This document shows positions 14,901-28,477 of a stretch of DNA of 61,790 bases, one piece after another. The stretch lies in contig CAJFCJ010000124.1 in NCBI GenBank assembly GCA_904063045.1, positions 27,233-89,022 on the forward strand. The letters are read 5' to 3'. The position numbers and the translations under genes were made by a program. Each line of letters begins with the position of its first letter. Within the stretch, counting starts at the first letter, position 1. The notes under the pieces were generated by a model, which was not told the origin of the DNA, made no database searches, and worked only from the letters and a program-made list of their open reading frames with translations. The stretch comes from Dimorphilus gyrociliatus (taxonomy: Eukaryota; Animalia; Annelida).

Positions 14901-17900
14901 CAAACAAGCTATAGATTTTAAGATGATTTGCGATCATATCGAAGATTGTTCTAATGGAAGAGATGAAGAGAATTGCGGTATAATTGTTATAATATTATAA
15001 TTTTTCGTGATAAGATTATCTATCCCTTACTATGCTTAGGGGTAGATATGCTTAATTAGCAGAGTCAAATACTAATTGAGTATTTTGAATTTCTCCTTTG
15101 AATAGAATGGGAAAAATGTAAGAAACAAAATAAAAAAAGATGCTCAAATTATCAATGTATTGAAGAAGAGAAATTCTGTAATAGCGAAATAGAGTGTTAT
15201 GATGCAACTGATGAGATTTGCCTTCAAAATCTTCACAATCATTTGCTCAATTCCAGTAAGAGAAGATAATAATTTTTCATTTTTTGGATAGTATTGCAGT
15301 AATTTTACAAAGATTGCAGTAATGATAAAGACTACTTACAATGCGACAATAAGTGTATTCCTATGATGAAAGTTTGCGATAGTCAGAAGGATTGCTTTGA
15401 TTCTTCGGACGAAACAATGGACTCTTGCTATGTTAGACATAGAGTAAGACAGTTAACTTATGTTTGTGAAATGATATCTTCAGATATTAAGCATCATAAA
15501 AGAAGCTGTCGAGTTAGATACGACTCAATGGGAAACTTACTCACTAAAGTTCACTATCCGTATTTCGATTTGAAGGAATGTGCCCTTAAAGAGTGCAAAT
15601 TTGGCGAGTACTTGTGTAAAAATCATCACTATTGCATATCAATCAAACAAGTTTGCGACGGCGTTGTCCATTGTCCGGAATTTGACGACGAAAATAATTG
15701 TGGTTTGTATTAGTTTGTCAAAATTCAATTTTTGAAATCAATTGTTCATTTCTCTCTCTTCCTAATAGAAAATTTTAGACCAAGAGGATATTTCAAGTGC
15801 CGGAAGGAGAGATATTACATTCTACTCCAGGATGTTTGTAATGGAATTATTGACTGTTTGAAAGGAAGTGACGAATTATACTGCAAAAGTATTAATATTC
15901 CTTGTCCAGAGTTTTGCATTTGTCAATCAATTATTTCAATCAAGTGTAGTTTTCAATTGATTGCAAATAATACTTTAAACACTACTCAACATTTTATCTG
16001 GAAGAATGTTTATATCTCAAATCTAGCAGCAAATTTCACTACACTTTTCCGAAATACTTTTTATTCCGTTACGTATTTAACAATGACACTGAGCAGTGTA
16101 AATCTGGATAATATTGCCAAAAAATTTCCCAATATCATTGTCCTTAATATTGAAAAGAATATAATGATAAATTTAAAAAAACTATCTACTTATCATCTGC
16201 AAAAACTGCAAATTCTTAATCTGTATAAAAATGTTCTAGTCGTTCCAGATTCTTTTACTTTTGGAATATTTGAAAATCTTAGAAAACTCAATCTATCAAC
16301 TACAAACTTTACAAAACTTTCAAATTCACTTTTCAAAGATTTAACAAATCTTCAAAGTTTAGATTTGAGTAATAATCTTATCAAGTCAATTGAAAAATTT
16401 TCGTTCATGTATCTGGAAAAACTGGAAATTTTAACACTAGAAAATACAATAATCCAAATGGAACATAGTAATTTTCTAGTACAAAGTTTAAAAAATCTTA
16501 AAAATCTTAAAAGCAATTATTTTGAGTTGTGTTGTTTCGCTTGGAAATTTGCCACAGAAATGAAGAGATGCGAACCGAATAGATCATTGTTCAGTTCATG
16601 CTCTGACCTTTTAGAGTCAAAATTGTTGAGAACTCTATTATGGATTTTTAGCCTTTTGGCATTTGGTGAGAATATTGTCTCTTTGGCGTTTAAACTGTTT
16701 ATATCGAAGAAGAGGAGTAATTTGTTCAATCTAAGCCTTACATTTGCGGATTTGAGTACTTCAATCTATTTCATTTCAATTGGTATAGCAGATTTAACAT
16801 TTAGAGGAGAATACATAGAAAATGATCTCAAATGGAGAAATAGTCTAGGCTGTACTCTAATTGGCATCTTTTGCAGTTTTTCCATTCAACTCTCAACTCA
16901 GAGTTTACTGTTTATCACACTTGAAAGATATCAAATTATAATTTATCCTATGTTAAAAATTTTTAATTCAATATCAACTTTATGTTTTGTAATCTTTATA
17001 TTATGTTTGTCAATTATATTTGCCATTCTACCAGTTTTCATTTACAGTGTAGAAAAAATAATAAAACATTTAAATAGTCACTAAATTGTTCTTTTGTTTA
17101 TTTGTTTGCAGAATTACTACTCAAAGAATTCAGTTTGTTTTTCATTGCATATTTCCAGTGAGAAGAAAGAAGGATGGTTCTATTCCTTTCTACTCTTTGG
17201 TTGCTTTATCAGTATTCTTTGTTTATTGATATGTTTACTCTATTTTAGAATATGGAAAAGAACACTTCATTCAAAAGGATTAGTTGAAAAGTTAGCATTT
17301 AAATCCCAACAGAAGAAGATAAAAAAAAAAGCATTCTTAATTGTTTTGACAAACGTTCTATGTTGGCTACCAATTTCAATATTAGGTTTGGCAAAAAAAT
17401 TCTACAAACAATGTCCATTTGTCTACTTTTCTTCTCTTTTTTTCCTTACAGGAATATATTCAGTGTTTTTCAAGTTTATACTCTCTAGAGAGTTGTACAC
17501 CTTAATGGTTATTATTGTTCTTCCATTGAATTCTGTTATCAATCCCCTTTTGTACACATTGAGCGATATTAGGCAACATTTTGAAAAAAGTTTACAGGAT
17601 AAAAAAAGGAAAATGTTGGTAGGATTAAGATTGGTATATTTCATTACTAGTTTATCAAATTCTGACAACTAAACAAAAAAACCCTTTCTTATGAACTAGT
17701 GGTGAACTTTTTTTCCAATCTTTCTAATTTGATTTTATTAAATCTAACCCTAATCAACAACTTAAAAAACATAAACAAATCTTCTTAGAGAGAGGCATTT
17801 GCAGTTTATTGAAAGTACTCATCTGGCAAAGAGTTAAGAGATTAACCATAGTTTTAAACACTTACATTGAAATATCATTTGTATTTAATAGATTGCGAAT

Positions 17901-18315
17901 TTTTGAATGGAATGAATTCTCATTTTCTATCTGCTCAATCCTCCCAAAACACTTTGGAGAATTACAAACATTCTTTTTCCACATTCTCCATTACAAATAT
18001 TTACAGTATTTCTAAATGTACAGTCACTGCACTGTTGTTTGCCCATACTTTTAAATATAGCTTTCAGGGAAAAATCTCTTTCAGTAAGATATTCTTTCAG
18101 GTTTGTCTTTTGTCGGATAGTTTTCTTTTAATCTTCTTTAATCTTTGAATGTTTAAAATGAAAAGGAATTAAAAGAGAAGAAAAGGAAATTCTTTTTGTC
18201 ATTCATCGAAGTAAGCCAACTGAACAAAGAACTTGAATGGGAAGATATGTTTTCTTTTGGTAAAACTTTAAAGAAAATGTTGTTAACAAGAACTATACTA
18301 TTTCTTAAAAAATAG
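12000..18315 (+). CDS. GRL101-like: GRL101-like receptor 3 (multi-exon): signal peptide, SRCR-like x2-3, CTL-like, LDLa, LRR, 7TM, pseudokinase-like tail
   Basis: Signal MFFLQYHFSIFLLNILLIIPILS. SRCR-like GNLQILYNGVWY..SICKSFGF..VEIECS (13520-13900). CTL-like YKRFCYTF..SEEFCKKRNTTL. LDLa exons 14700-15700. LRR LRKLNLSTTNF/LQSLDLSNNLI. 7TM with TLERY, CWLP and INPLLY. Last exon ..WEDMFSFGKTLKKML..* ends 18315. Confidence 0.85.
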
Positions 18316-19399
18316 GCTGAAAAATGTGTTTAAAAACTTGAATAAAAAATCTGAAATTCTTTTTATGCAACAGCAAAAAATCAATCAATATGTTTTGACA
18401 ATCTAGTCCTCTCTTATGCAGGGAAATAAATCAGTTTTTTAAGGATTTGTCTTCGATACCTTAAAGTTGTTAGCTTTGTTATTAACCTAACCATAGCCTG
18501 TAGCTTTAGATGGTTGTATTGTAGTTGTAGGAATTTTTGGCTTGTCAAAACTGTTTTTATGTTTTTCAATCATTTACCAATTTACAAAGTACTAACCTTT
18601 AGAATGAATTTGCCAAATCAATTTTATTTCTATACAATCATAAAGTAATGATTTGCTTGTTTCCAGAAATGTTCACAACATTGAAATTTATATTAATAGG
18701 ATTTAAATTTGGTCATATTGACATTATTGCAAATTCTAATAAAAAATTAATATACAATTTAAAATATAAATTTTTCAACTAAAAAAAATCCTATATTATC
18801 TCAATCATTGACTATTTAATATTCACAACTGATTTGAACAATAATAAATTGCAGCATTGGTAAAAAAGTATTTGTCATATAATGAAAAATATATCTCTAT
18901 CATGTATTATTGTTAGGTTTGCTGAAATATATTTTTAAACTATTGTGTGGTTGATCTAAAAACTACAAAGCTTAAACTCAATGCAACTAAATCTATAGGT
19001 AGACCAACCATTAAAAGCCAAAATCACACAAATTTGATTTTTCCACTGGTAGAAAAAATATAGTTAATGAAGTTGATATGCAATTATGTTCAACACAAAT
19101 AGGGGTGCAACCGTACCCATTGGCGGTGAATCCCTTGCTTTGATCAAGTAAATTTGTGGCTGTTGATACATATGGAAATAAAAAAAATATGATAATGTAT
19201 TTTGAATATTTGAATATTATAATGAAATAACAAGAGACAATTGAGTTATTATAGTATATATTAACTAAAGAAAAAAATTTCAAATATTTTCTTCTCTATA
19301 TCACCATATTTTTTTATCTGATATTTGATAATCATTTTCTCAGAGAGAAGTTTTTCATAAATACAAACCAAACCAGCCTCTTTCTTCAATTCATCTATT

Positions 19400-20550
19400 A
19401 ACAAAATAAAATGATCCTTTTGATTGTACTTTATTATTCATTCTATTATGCCATCTTTCCATACTGTTATTAGTCCTTTTCAATAAGCCAAATATTTACC
19501 AATTCAATGGTTTCCAAGTATAATTCAAAATCCAAACACTTTCAAAATATTCCAGCAAGTCGGAAAATTTTCTCTTTTCTTCCCGTTGACTCTTTAAGCT
19601 GAAAAGTGTTGGAGTGATAATAGCTGAAGGTAGAAAGGTTACAGCCATCAACTTCCTCAGGTCTCTCCAGTCCTCTCCTTTCTCCATATATCTTCCTGAG
19701 TAGCCAAGAGACTAAAGAGAATGACAAATATAACAGAAAAGTTAAAAGCAGCACATTTAATAATGTCTGGAACTGAAGTTCTTTATAGATTGCTTGGGTG
19801 AAGTCCGCTTTTCATGAAACATAACCATGAATTTTTGCTTCTGGATAGATCTTTGAGACAGCTTTCTACAAACTCATCTCAAAATCCATTGTTATTTCCT
19901 CAGGCTGTTACATGGAAGTCAAATTCATGTTGCTGTGAATTGAGAAGTAGAAAAATTGTCAATGAACTATTAAGATTTATACCTTAAATGCCTTTTTAAA
20001 ATATTTTTCATGTTTTGATGTTGTAAAATGAATGCACACGCAAATGCTACTTTTAGAAGTTTTAGCCTTGAGTGTGAATGAAAATCCATTGTTTATCAGA
20101 ATGCCCTTTCCCAGTTGACTTTCACCCCTAATTATTTGAAAATCGTCATCCATAACTTCTTGGAAAGTGTCAACCCCATTGTCTAAAATTTCATTGTTGT
20201 TTACATTTGAATCTCTTAGACCATCACCTTTACTATTATCTGTTGCATCTTCTTCAATTTTATCATTTTCATTTTCATCCATTGCATCTCTCTCTTCTAT
20301 TTCTTGATCTTCTAGCTTTGTCCTATGCAGGCGACACTGTCTCTCTTCACAATCTAGACAAACTGACAGCCTGGAGTCTGTAAGGAAATAATTGTATATT
20401 TACAATAGACCAGACGAATTGCAAAATTCTTGCTGACATGTTTCATAAGGAAGCTCGTTACATAGTGAACAAAATTTTCTCTTTTGTAAACTGTAAGTTT
20501 GCAATTTCTGCATTTGATTGCAATATTTCATCATTTGCAGATTTGACATG
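19400..20550 (-). mobile_element. Degenerate MULE/Mutator (FLYWCH-type) transposase relic
   Basis: FLYWCH-like IIRGESQLGKGILINNGFSFTLK..SICVC (19977-20282). MULE core MDFEMSL*KAVSKIYPEAKIHGYVS*KADFTQAIYK (~19770-19890, in-frame stops). RKLMAVTFLP..LLEYFESVWI..P..W (19496-19687). No TIRs identified by eye. Confidence 0.7.
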
Positions 20551-23199
20551 TTTAATTTAATATTTGAAAGGCAATGAAAAGCTTTGAAGCAAATAATTAT
20601 AATACAGTTTCAAGATTCTTTTATCAAGTATTCAACAAACAAATGGGTTTAAAAAAATAAAAATTTCTTTAAAGTACACTATTATATTTTTTTCAATTTA
20701 CAATTTTTAATAGTGCAGAATCCAAATTTTCATTCAAAAAGAAATTAATTGAATGAATATGAAATAAAAATGTAGCAACGTAAAAGATATATTTATATAA
20801 ATATTGTACACAATCCTGTTCTTTCAGTCTGAGTGAGAGAAATGCAATTATCAGTTTTGTAAGCTTTACATTCTCTACCATTTACATTTAGTAAATAAAA
20901 ATAACCATCAGGCCATTGTTGTGGCCAGGATACACCATTTCTATAGTGATAGCAAATATTTGTAATAAATATATATATAAATTTTCAAATCAACCAGATA
21001 ACTTTGAAGTTCTTAAAATCCCATGTTAAAATATATGTAATTATTCAAATAAATTGACATACACAGATATAGCAGTAATATTTGAGTAACGATTGTCATC
21101 ATTTCAATTTGTAGAGAAAATAATATTGTCAATAGAAGAAATGTGTGATTTATATAGATAAAATATTATTTATTATCTGGTATACTCACATTAATATGCA
21201 TTTAGTGAGCTGTAGATAGCATTTGATATTTATACAAGTATATTATTTTCAATTTTATGATTAAAAGTCAAAAATTGGTATTAAAAAAAACAATTTCTAT
21301 TTTCTTGTAGTTTGTTGTTTGATAATTGTAGGAATTTCTGATTCGTCACAACTGTAATCGTCCTTTCCAATCATTTACTAATTTGCCAAAGTACTTACAC
21401 AAGTAGAACCTTCAAAGTTCGTCCACAAATAGTCTAACAAATGTAATCTTAGTATAAATTAATCAACAAAACACCAGTATTTCGTCCAAAGAATATGTAT
21501 TGAGTAAAATCAGCTTCTAGTTTTAAACAAGCTAGTTTAACAACCAGCTCATGGTTAGAGAACTGAACTATCAACTGTTAATTTCGTAGAGTTTATATAC
21601 TCTTTTAAGGGTTGATAGTTCACAAATTTCAATGTTTACAAGAACAAAAGTAACATTTTAAGACAAAGAAAAGTTGTAAATATGGTCATGTTTTTATTGT
21701 TTTCCTCTTCTAAATAATAGTTGAATTTCTCAGGTTGGAGAGTTGCATAAGATGTAACAATATTAATAGGATAAGTCCAACAATCAAGAAAACATGTGGA
21801 TTGTATATTTGACCATTTTTACATTCTACTTTAATAATGATATTCAATTGATTGAGTTAGTAAATTTAGCATCAGTATGTGCAGAGGAAGTATATCTGGT
21901 TAATGCATGTTAAGAAGAACAGTATTGTGTATACAATCAGCTCAGCCTGTATTGTGTATGGAATACTGTTGAATAGTGAATATAATCTAAACTTAGAATT
22001 TAAGCATAATTCATATTTAATTAAACTGCTTTTGGTTCCAAATCATAAATTTATAGATTAATAAATTGTAATAATAATGCTGGGTTGCAAATAGCAATAT
22101 TCTGCATATAATTTAATAGGTTTTATTGCCACAAATTGTACATTCACTGCCCTACGCGAAACTAGGTCAATATTGCATCAGTGCTATCTGCATAGTTCAA
22201 TACTGTTTCAATACTACTTATCTATTGTAGGGTATAGCTGACGAATGTATGTGCACATATTTTCTCATTAGTCTTTTCATAAGTTCACCTAAGTTAATAA
22301 ACTTTTTGGTTTGCTTTACTTTAAATATTACTTTTAAGTGATCAAGGTAATGCTGAAATTTTCCATTAAATTCTTATTAGAAAGTATAAAATATGACAAA
22401 CTATTAGTAATGAAATTGATTTGAACAGGTTACCGCAACAAGATATGATAGAAAATAATAAATATTACTTGGACTTGATAACTATATTTAGTTTTATGTG
22501 AAGATAAGTGCAAAAAAACCCACAAATCAAATATTTTTTTTGAATGTTAATGTATTTTTTCTTCAAACATTTATTAATCCAATAATCTAACAATAATTTT
22601 TCATAGACTGAAATCAGCTCAGCCTGTTTGTAACAATGCATTCTTCTGTAAATGTTTCTGTAAATGTTTCCCCTGTAAGCCATTCCCATTTTTATATATT
22701 AAACTGTATTTATTTTTTTCTAACTAATAATCTTGGTAAAAAAGTACTAATTAAATGAAATATATATAATTCGAAGAATTCAAGTAATAGAGCTTTTTTC
22801 AAATTCTATATTCTCTTCATATTAAATTTTTCATAGAAAATTAATTGCAAAAAAAATTAATTGATAATGAAATTTAATAAAAAAATAGATTGGAATTAAT
22901 ATATATTTTTCTTTATAAAGAATGAGAGCAAAATTTGAAAAAATTATTTCAAATAAAAAATGACTCCTGTTATTTTTTATTTAATAATATTAAATAATTT
23001 TTCATCAACATTTCAGTTTTCTTCTGACAAAATGGTATGAAAATGCATTTCTTTCTTTTCGTCTTCCCCCCGCATTAACAGTCTTTTGTAGACCTACCAC
23101 TGATTTTAAATAATCAATATTCAAAATTTTAAAAAATAGTATATTATTTAAAATTAGAATAAAATCGTTTCTCAGATATTTAAATTTTCTGAATTACAA

Positions 23200-26100
23200 A
23201 TGCAATTTTCAAGAAGAATTTGTGAAGAAGGATTTTGTACAGGATTTGTTATGAATCCTTTTAAAAATTATAATAAATATTTCTTAATACTTTTCTCAAA
23301 AAAAGAAGAAATAGAAGACTTTTGTTCCAAACAATCACATTTATTTGATAAAAATAGGGTTGATGGAATTATTCAAGTTGGTCAATTAATAGCCTCTTCC
23401 CCTAAGAAAATTTTACACTACTCTACTTTTTTTATGTCTTGTAAAAAGAAAGATAAAACCTGTTATTTTGAAAAGCTAAAAGAAAATTATGCAACCAAAG
23501 TTACATGTTTTTTTAAAATGAAACCATGTCAATAAAAAAAATTCAAAAAAGTAAATAAAAATTTTTCTCTAATTTTTTTGTTTTTATGATTTTCAGATTA
23601 TTTTTCTTTTTACAAAGAAAATCGTGTTATTTATAAGAGAAGTTTTGGTAATGATACTGTACATTGTTTTTTAAAGACTGATCAAAAACACTGTGGTAAT
23701 ATAATACATTTTGATGGTTTAATTTTGGATAATAAAAATTATTCTTTACTAAAACCTTGTACTGATTTTGTATGTTATGGTGAAAATAACACTTTCAAAG
23801 GGGATCCTATTAGTGACATCATCTTTAAAGATAATAATTTATTATTTAAAGATACTAGAAATTTTCAAAAATTGGAACGGAAATTTCAAATTCCAGGCTT
23901 TTACAGAAACAGGAGATTTATACCAATTTTGTTTGAATTTCATAATTTTAGAGAAGAATTAATTACATATAAAATTCTATGTAAAATATCTTCGAAATTT
24001 TCTTATGAATATCCAAAAACAACTCCTTTTAAAAAATATAGACATCAAAGTCTCTTTTATTTATATAATAAAAATTTCAATCAAGATTTTGTTTATAGAT
24101 GTAAATTTGATGTGAAAAATATTAAAGATTGTTCTATTTTAAAGAAAAATTTAAGCCTTTTTGACCATTCTATTTTTGGTTTTATTTGTTTAAAAAAACC
24201 AAATGTATCTTCTCAAATAGATATAAAAGGTATGTTATTTCTGAAATCTGATTAAATAATTTTTTTTATATCATTTTGGATAACTTGTCTATTTTTATCA
24301 GATTTTATATTTTCTCTTGTAAATCGTAATGTTGATTTAAATTTTAAAATAATTAATCAATCAGAATTCTCCGGAAGGGTTGTAGCAAAATATAAAAATC
24401 AATTTTTACCAATTTCAAATATCTATTCAAATTATCATCAAATACAATTGATATGCAAAAACTTCGGTTTTTTAAGTGGAACATTTGTAATAAATTCCAG
24501 GAGAAAAAAAATTTTAAAACCATTTGTATATTTTAGCATATTTTGTAATTCAAATTCTACATCTTTAAGACAATGTCAAATTAAACACTTTTTTGAATTT
24601 GAATGGTTAAATAGATTTTACATAAATGATTTATTTATAATTTGTTATGATCATTTTATGAGTAATTAATATTTTAGATACATTTTCCTTCGGTATCTTT
24701 CTCATTTCCGCTTTCTTCCTCTCCATTCTCTTTCTCTCTTTTCCTCTCTGTTTCTCTTACACTATTTCTTCTATTTCAAAACTTTTTTCAACAACAGGTT
24801 GCTCAAATAAATTTCCACATTGTAACAATGTTTTTGCATTTTTAAAAAATTGCTATTATCTCTGTGAGGCTAAAAATATTAAAATTTCACATAAAGATAG
24901 TTCTTTAAAATGTTACAAAAAACTTTCTGGTATTTCACATCAAAATGAAGCAATTTTTATTTCATTTGTAATAAATTCTTTTGAAACGATAAAAAGACAT
25001 TCAATTTTATCAAATTTAAACTATTCTTTAAAATTACATAAAATTCCATTAGGTGTATTTTATTTGCTTAAACTCTAATATTTGTAATGATATTGTTTTC
25101 TTTTTCATTAATATTCAAAAAGGATTCTATTATAATCATTCATACAACAACTTTTTGAGTAATGAGAAAGTTCCTTTTGAATATATTGGAATGTTGAATC
25201 CTGATATAAGTATTAATTTCCAATTAAGGTAAATATCTAAAAGGTCAAAGGTTAAGAGTAAAAATTATAATACAATCATTTTGTATTCAAATTTTATAAC
25301 AGTGTTTCAAAAGTATACAACTCTATGAAAACTGGATGTGGATATTTTAGAAAATCAAATCATTTTGAAATATATTCATTTTTTGGTTGTCGATGTAATG
25401 AAAAGATATTTGAATATTTTGTTTGTAAAGAGCATTCTGGTATTAAAAAATAGTATGATTTGTATTTTTTTATCTTTTATTAATCTTTTACCTATTTTAT
25501 AAACTTAAAATACAGTGTCAAATGGACTACCTAAAAAGTATATTAACTTTACCAGTAAAGAAGAAAATTGTAGCACATTAAACAGTTTTGTTTGCAAGTT
25601 GGATGGTTATTGTATAAATTATAAATATGTCTGTGATAATTTTTATGATTGCAATGATAAAAGTGATGAATTTAATTGTTCGATTGGAAAACATGATAAA
25701 TTTTATTGTCTAGATGGATTATTAGAAATTGGTTTTCAACTTGTTTGTGACTTTATATATGATTGTTTAGATAAAAGTGACGAATTGGATTGTGGTTTGT
25801 AAATTAGTGGTTTTTAAATTTTCCAATTAAAAACGAAACTAATAATAAACTTTACTGAAAAAGAAACAAGGAAATGTACATTTGATGAATTGTAACTATT
25901 TTTTCTGTGGTTAAGATATATTAATACTTAGTTGTTTGTTTTGTTTTGATTTTAAGCAAATGTGAAAGTGGCCAATGTGTTCCCTACAGTTTACAACAAT
26001 TTAATTCTAAATGTTATGATCGAGCTGATTTCATCATTTCAAAAAGTATCAATTTTGGATGATATGAGAAAAATGTTTATTTTTTTAAATATCAGTTATA

Positions 26101-28476
26101 GACTGATTAACATTCTATTTAATCTTTTTCTCATTCTTTTACACTTTTAAAATTAGAATTGAAGAAATTTGTTTTGTTTTGTAGAAAATTTTCTTTTCAA
26201 AGTTATATTTACAAAGAAACAATTTTTTTGTCTCAGTTGGAAACGAGACTTACATATATGTGGAGAAGATGACGAAATAGAAGCTATGAATATTCTTGAT
26301 TATACTGAAAATGATAAGGAAGGTTTTAAACATTCACTAAAATCAATTCTTATTGATTCAGTATCTAAATCATTCTTCTCTTTAACAATTCCTTGTAAGT
26401 TATTCCAAAATATAACTTTACATGAATAACAGAGAAAAACTATTTTTTCAATTCTCTACCCCAGATCTTGTTTCATCATCAATAATTCTTGACTATGGTT
26501 AGGGTTAAGGGCAGAGTGTTAAATACTCAATTTTTAATTCAAAAAAATTACATGCTCTCTTCTTTAGAATGTGAAGATGGTCACAATGAATACAATTTAA
26601 AAAAAAGATTATCAGTTTTTGGTGAAATGATATCAACTTGTGAAACAAATTGTTACGGACTTGACACTTTTCTTTGTAAAACAGATGTAAGTGAAACTGA
26701 TGAATTATCAAAGAGAGATAGAGTGAGAGAAGCGAGAGGAAAAATACTAACACTGTAGAATAAGGAAAAACTTTCTCTATATTCTATATCTATCTAGGTA
26801 TGGAGTTGATCTTCTCTTATTTTCTTCAATATAGATTATTACTAAAAAGGGATATTGTATTTCATATGATTTAGTTTGTGATGGTATTTCACAATGTATT
26901 TTTGGAGAAGATGAAGAGGATTGTAATCAAAGTAAAAAAAAAGCTTTATTCAAAAATACATTGTTAACTTACTTTTTCAAATAACATAATAGTTGAATTT
27001 AATGCAAAGGGACATTTTAAATGTAGATTCAGAAATATTTTTAAGGAAATAAGAAATTATGCAGTATATGGTGATTGTCCATTTTATGATAATTATGAAA
27101 AGAATGTTGTAAACAAGCCTTCATGTCCTCCTCAATGTTTTTGTAAACAATTTTTAAAAATTCAATGCTGGAATAAAATTGCAAATTTCACATTTAAGAA
27201 TTCTATGGATTCACATTCTTGGAAAATTGTCGAATTTTCGAATTTTTCAGCTGTATCAAGTATTAATAAGCTAATTTATTTAAATAATTTGGAAATTATA
27301 AAACTGATGATCTTTAATGGAAGTTTACTGAATTTGAACTTTTTAAATAATTTATTTAACCTTGTATCATTGGTTTTAAGGAAAAATAATTTAAACTTTC
27401 TTTTTTCAAATAATTTTAAAAATTTAAAAATTATTCAGAATATTATTTTATTGGAAACAAAATTATCAGAAATTAAAGAAAACATTTTCAAAAAAACTTT
27501 ACTAAGCTTAACTATATTTTTAAATCAAAATATCTCTTCAAATCTATTTAAAACATTAGTAAATTTGAAATATTTAAATATTTCAAATTCAAAAATTTAT
27601 AAACTATCTGGAAAATCTGTGCAAAATCTAAAAAATTTAAGAGAATTTTATATGAAAAATGTGAAATTTTTAACAAGAGATCCTGGAAAAATATTTTTCA
27701 CCAGTTTAAGCTCATTGAAAAAATTGGTTTCCGATAAATACAAATATTGTTGTTTTGTTAAACATTTCAAAATGGATTCTTGTTTACCTAAAAAGTTGGA
27801 TACAGATTCGTGTGGAGAATTAATCAATTCAATTATATTAAAAAGTAAAATTCGATCAAATATTCAAAATGAAAAAATGAATAAATATTTTACGCTTTTG
27901 TTAACCAGTTTTTCTTTACTGCATTTCATTCATTTGCTTTCTATCAAATTGCATTTGCTTATTAACATCTATAAAAGCATTTAGTAAAGGACTACACCAA
28001 TATCAAATTATGGCAAATTTTTCAGATCTCCTCTTCAGCCTATATCTTTTAGGTATAGCAATTAATGATAGAATTTTTTCAAACACATTTATAGAAAAGA
28101 AAGATTTATGGCAAAATAGTAAAATATGCCTTATCTTTGGGTGTTTGGCTAGTTTTTCACATATTCTATCACAATTTTCTAATTTATTAATGACTTTTGA
28201 AAAATTCTTTATGGTAAAAAGAGGCCTAAAATTTAGAGAAACAACACATCTATGCTCTGGAATACTTGTTTCTATTTCAATAGCATTATCTACTGTTTTA
28301 TCCATACTACCAGTTTTTGTGTATAATGTCTGTTTGATAACTATTTTTGATAAAATTATGATGATTAAGTCATAATTTTTACATGTATGTTTCAGTCATA
28401 CTACTCAAGGCATTCTCTATGTTTTTCACCACATATGACAAATGATAAACCAGAAGGATGGATATATTCTTTCAAT
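23200..28476 (+). CDS. GRL101-like: GRL101-like receptor 4 (divergent, very AT-rich; 3' end cut at the N)
   Basis: N-terminal GFVMNPF matches DFIINPI of receptor 3. SRCR-like GRVVAKYKNQ..LICKNFGF (24370-24660). LDLa CINYKYVCDNFYDCNDKSDEFNC and CISYDLVCDGISQCIFGEDEEDC. LRR 27205-27720, TM1-4 27900-28330. ECL2/TM5 exon ..EGWIYSF runs into the N at 28477. True start uncertain. Confidence 0.75.
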
Positions 28477-28477
28477 N
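28477..28477. other. Single-N assembly join
   Basis: Left of the N is TM5 of receptor 4; right of it is the last LDLa (NEVCNGIVDCLKGSDE) of a different paralog. The two sides are not colinear. Confidence 0.9.

Noticed and set aside
20693-22689. Short ORFs 20693-20881, 21879-22061 and 22465-22689
   Set aside because: Low-complexity AT-rich frames without motifs, in a region of decayed repeats.
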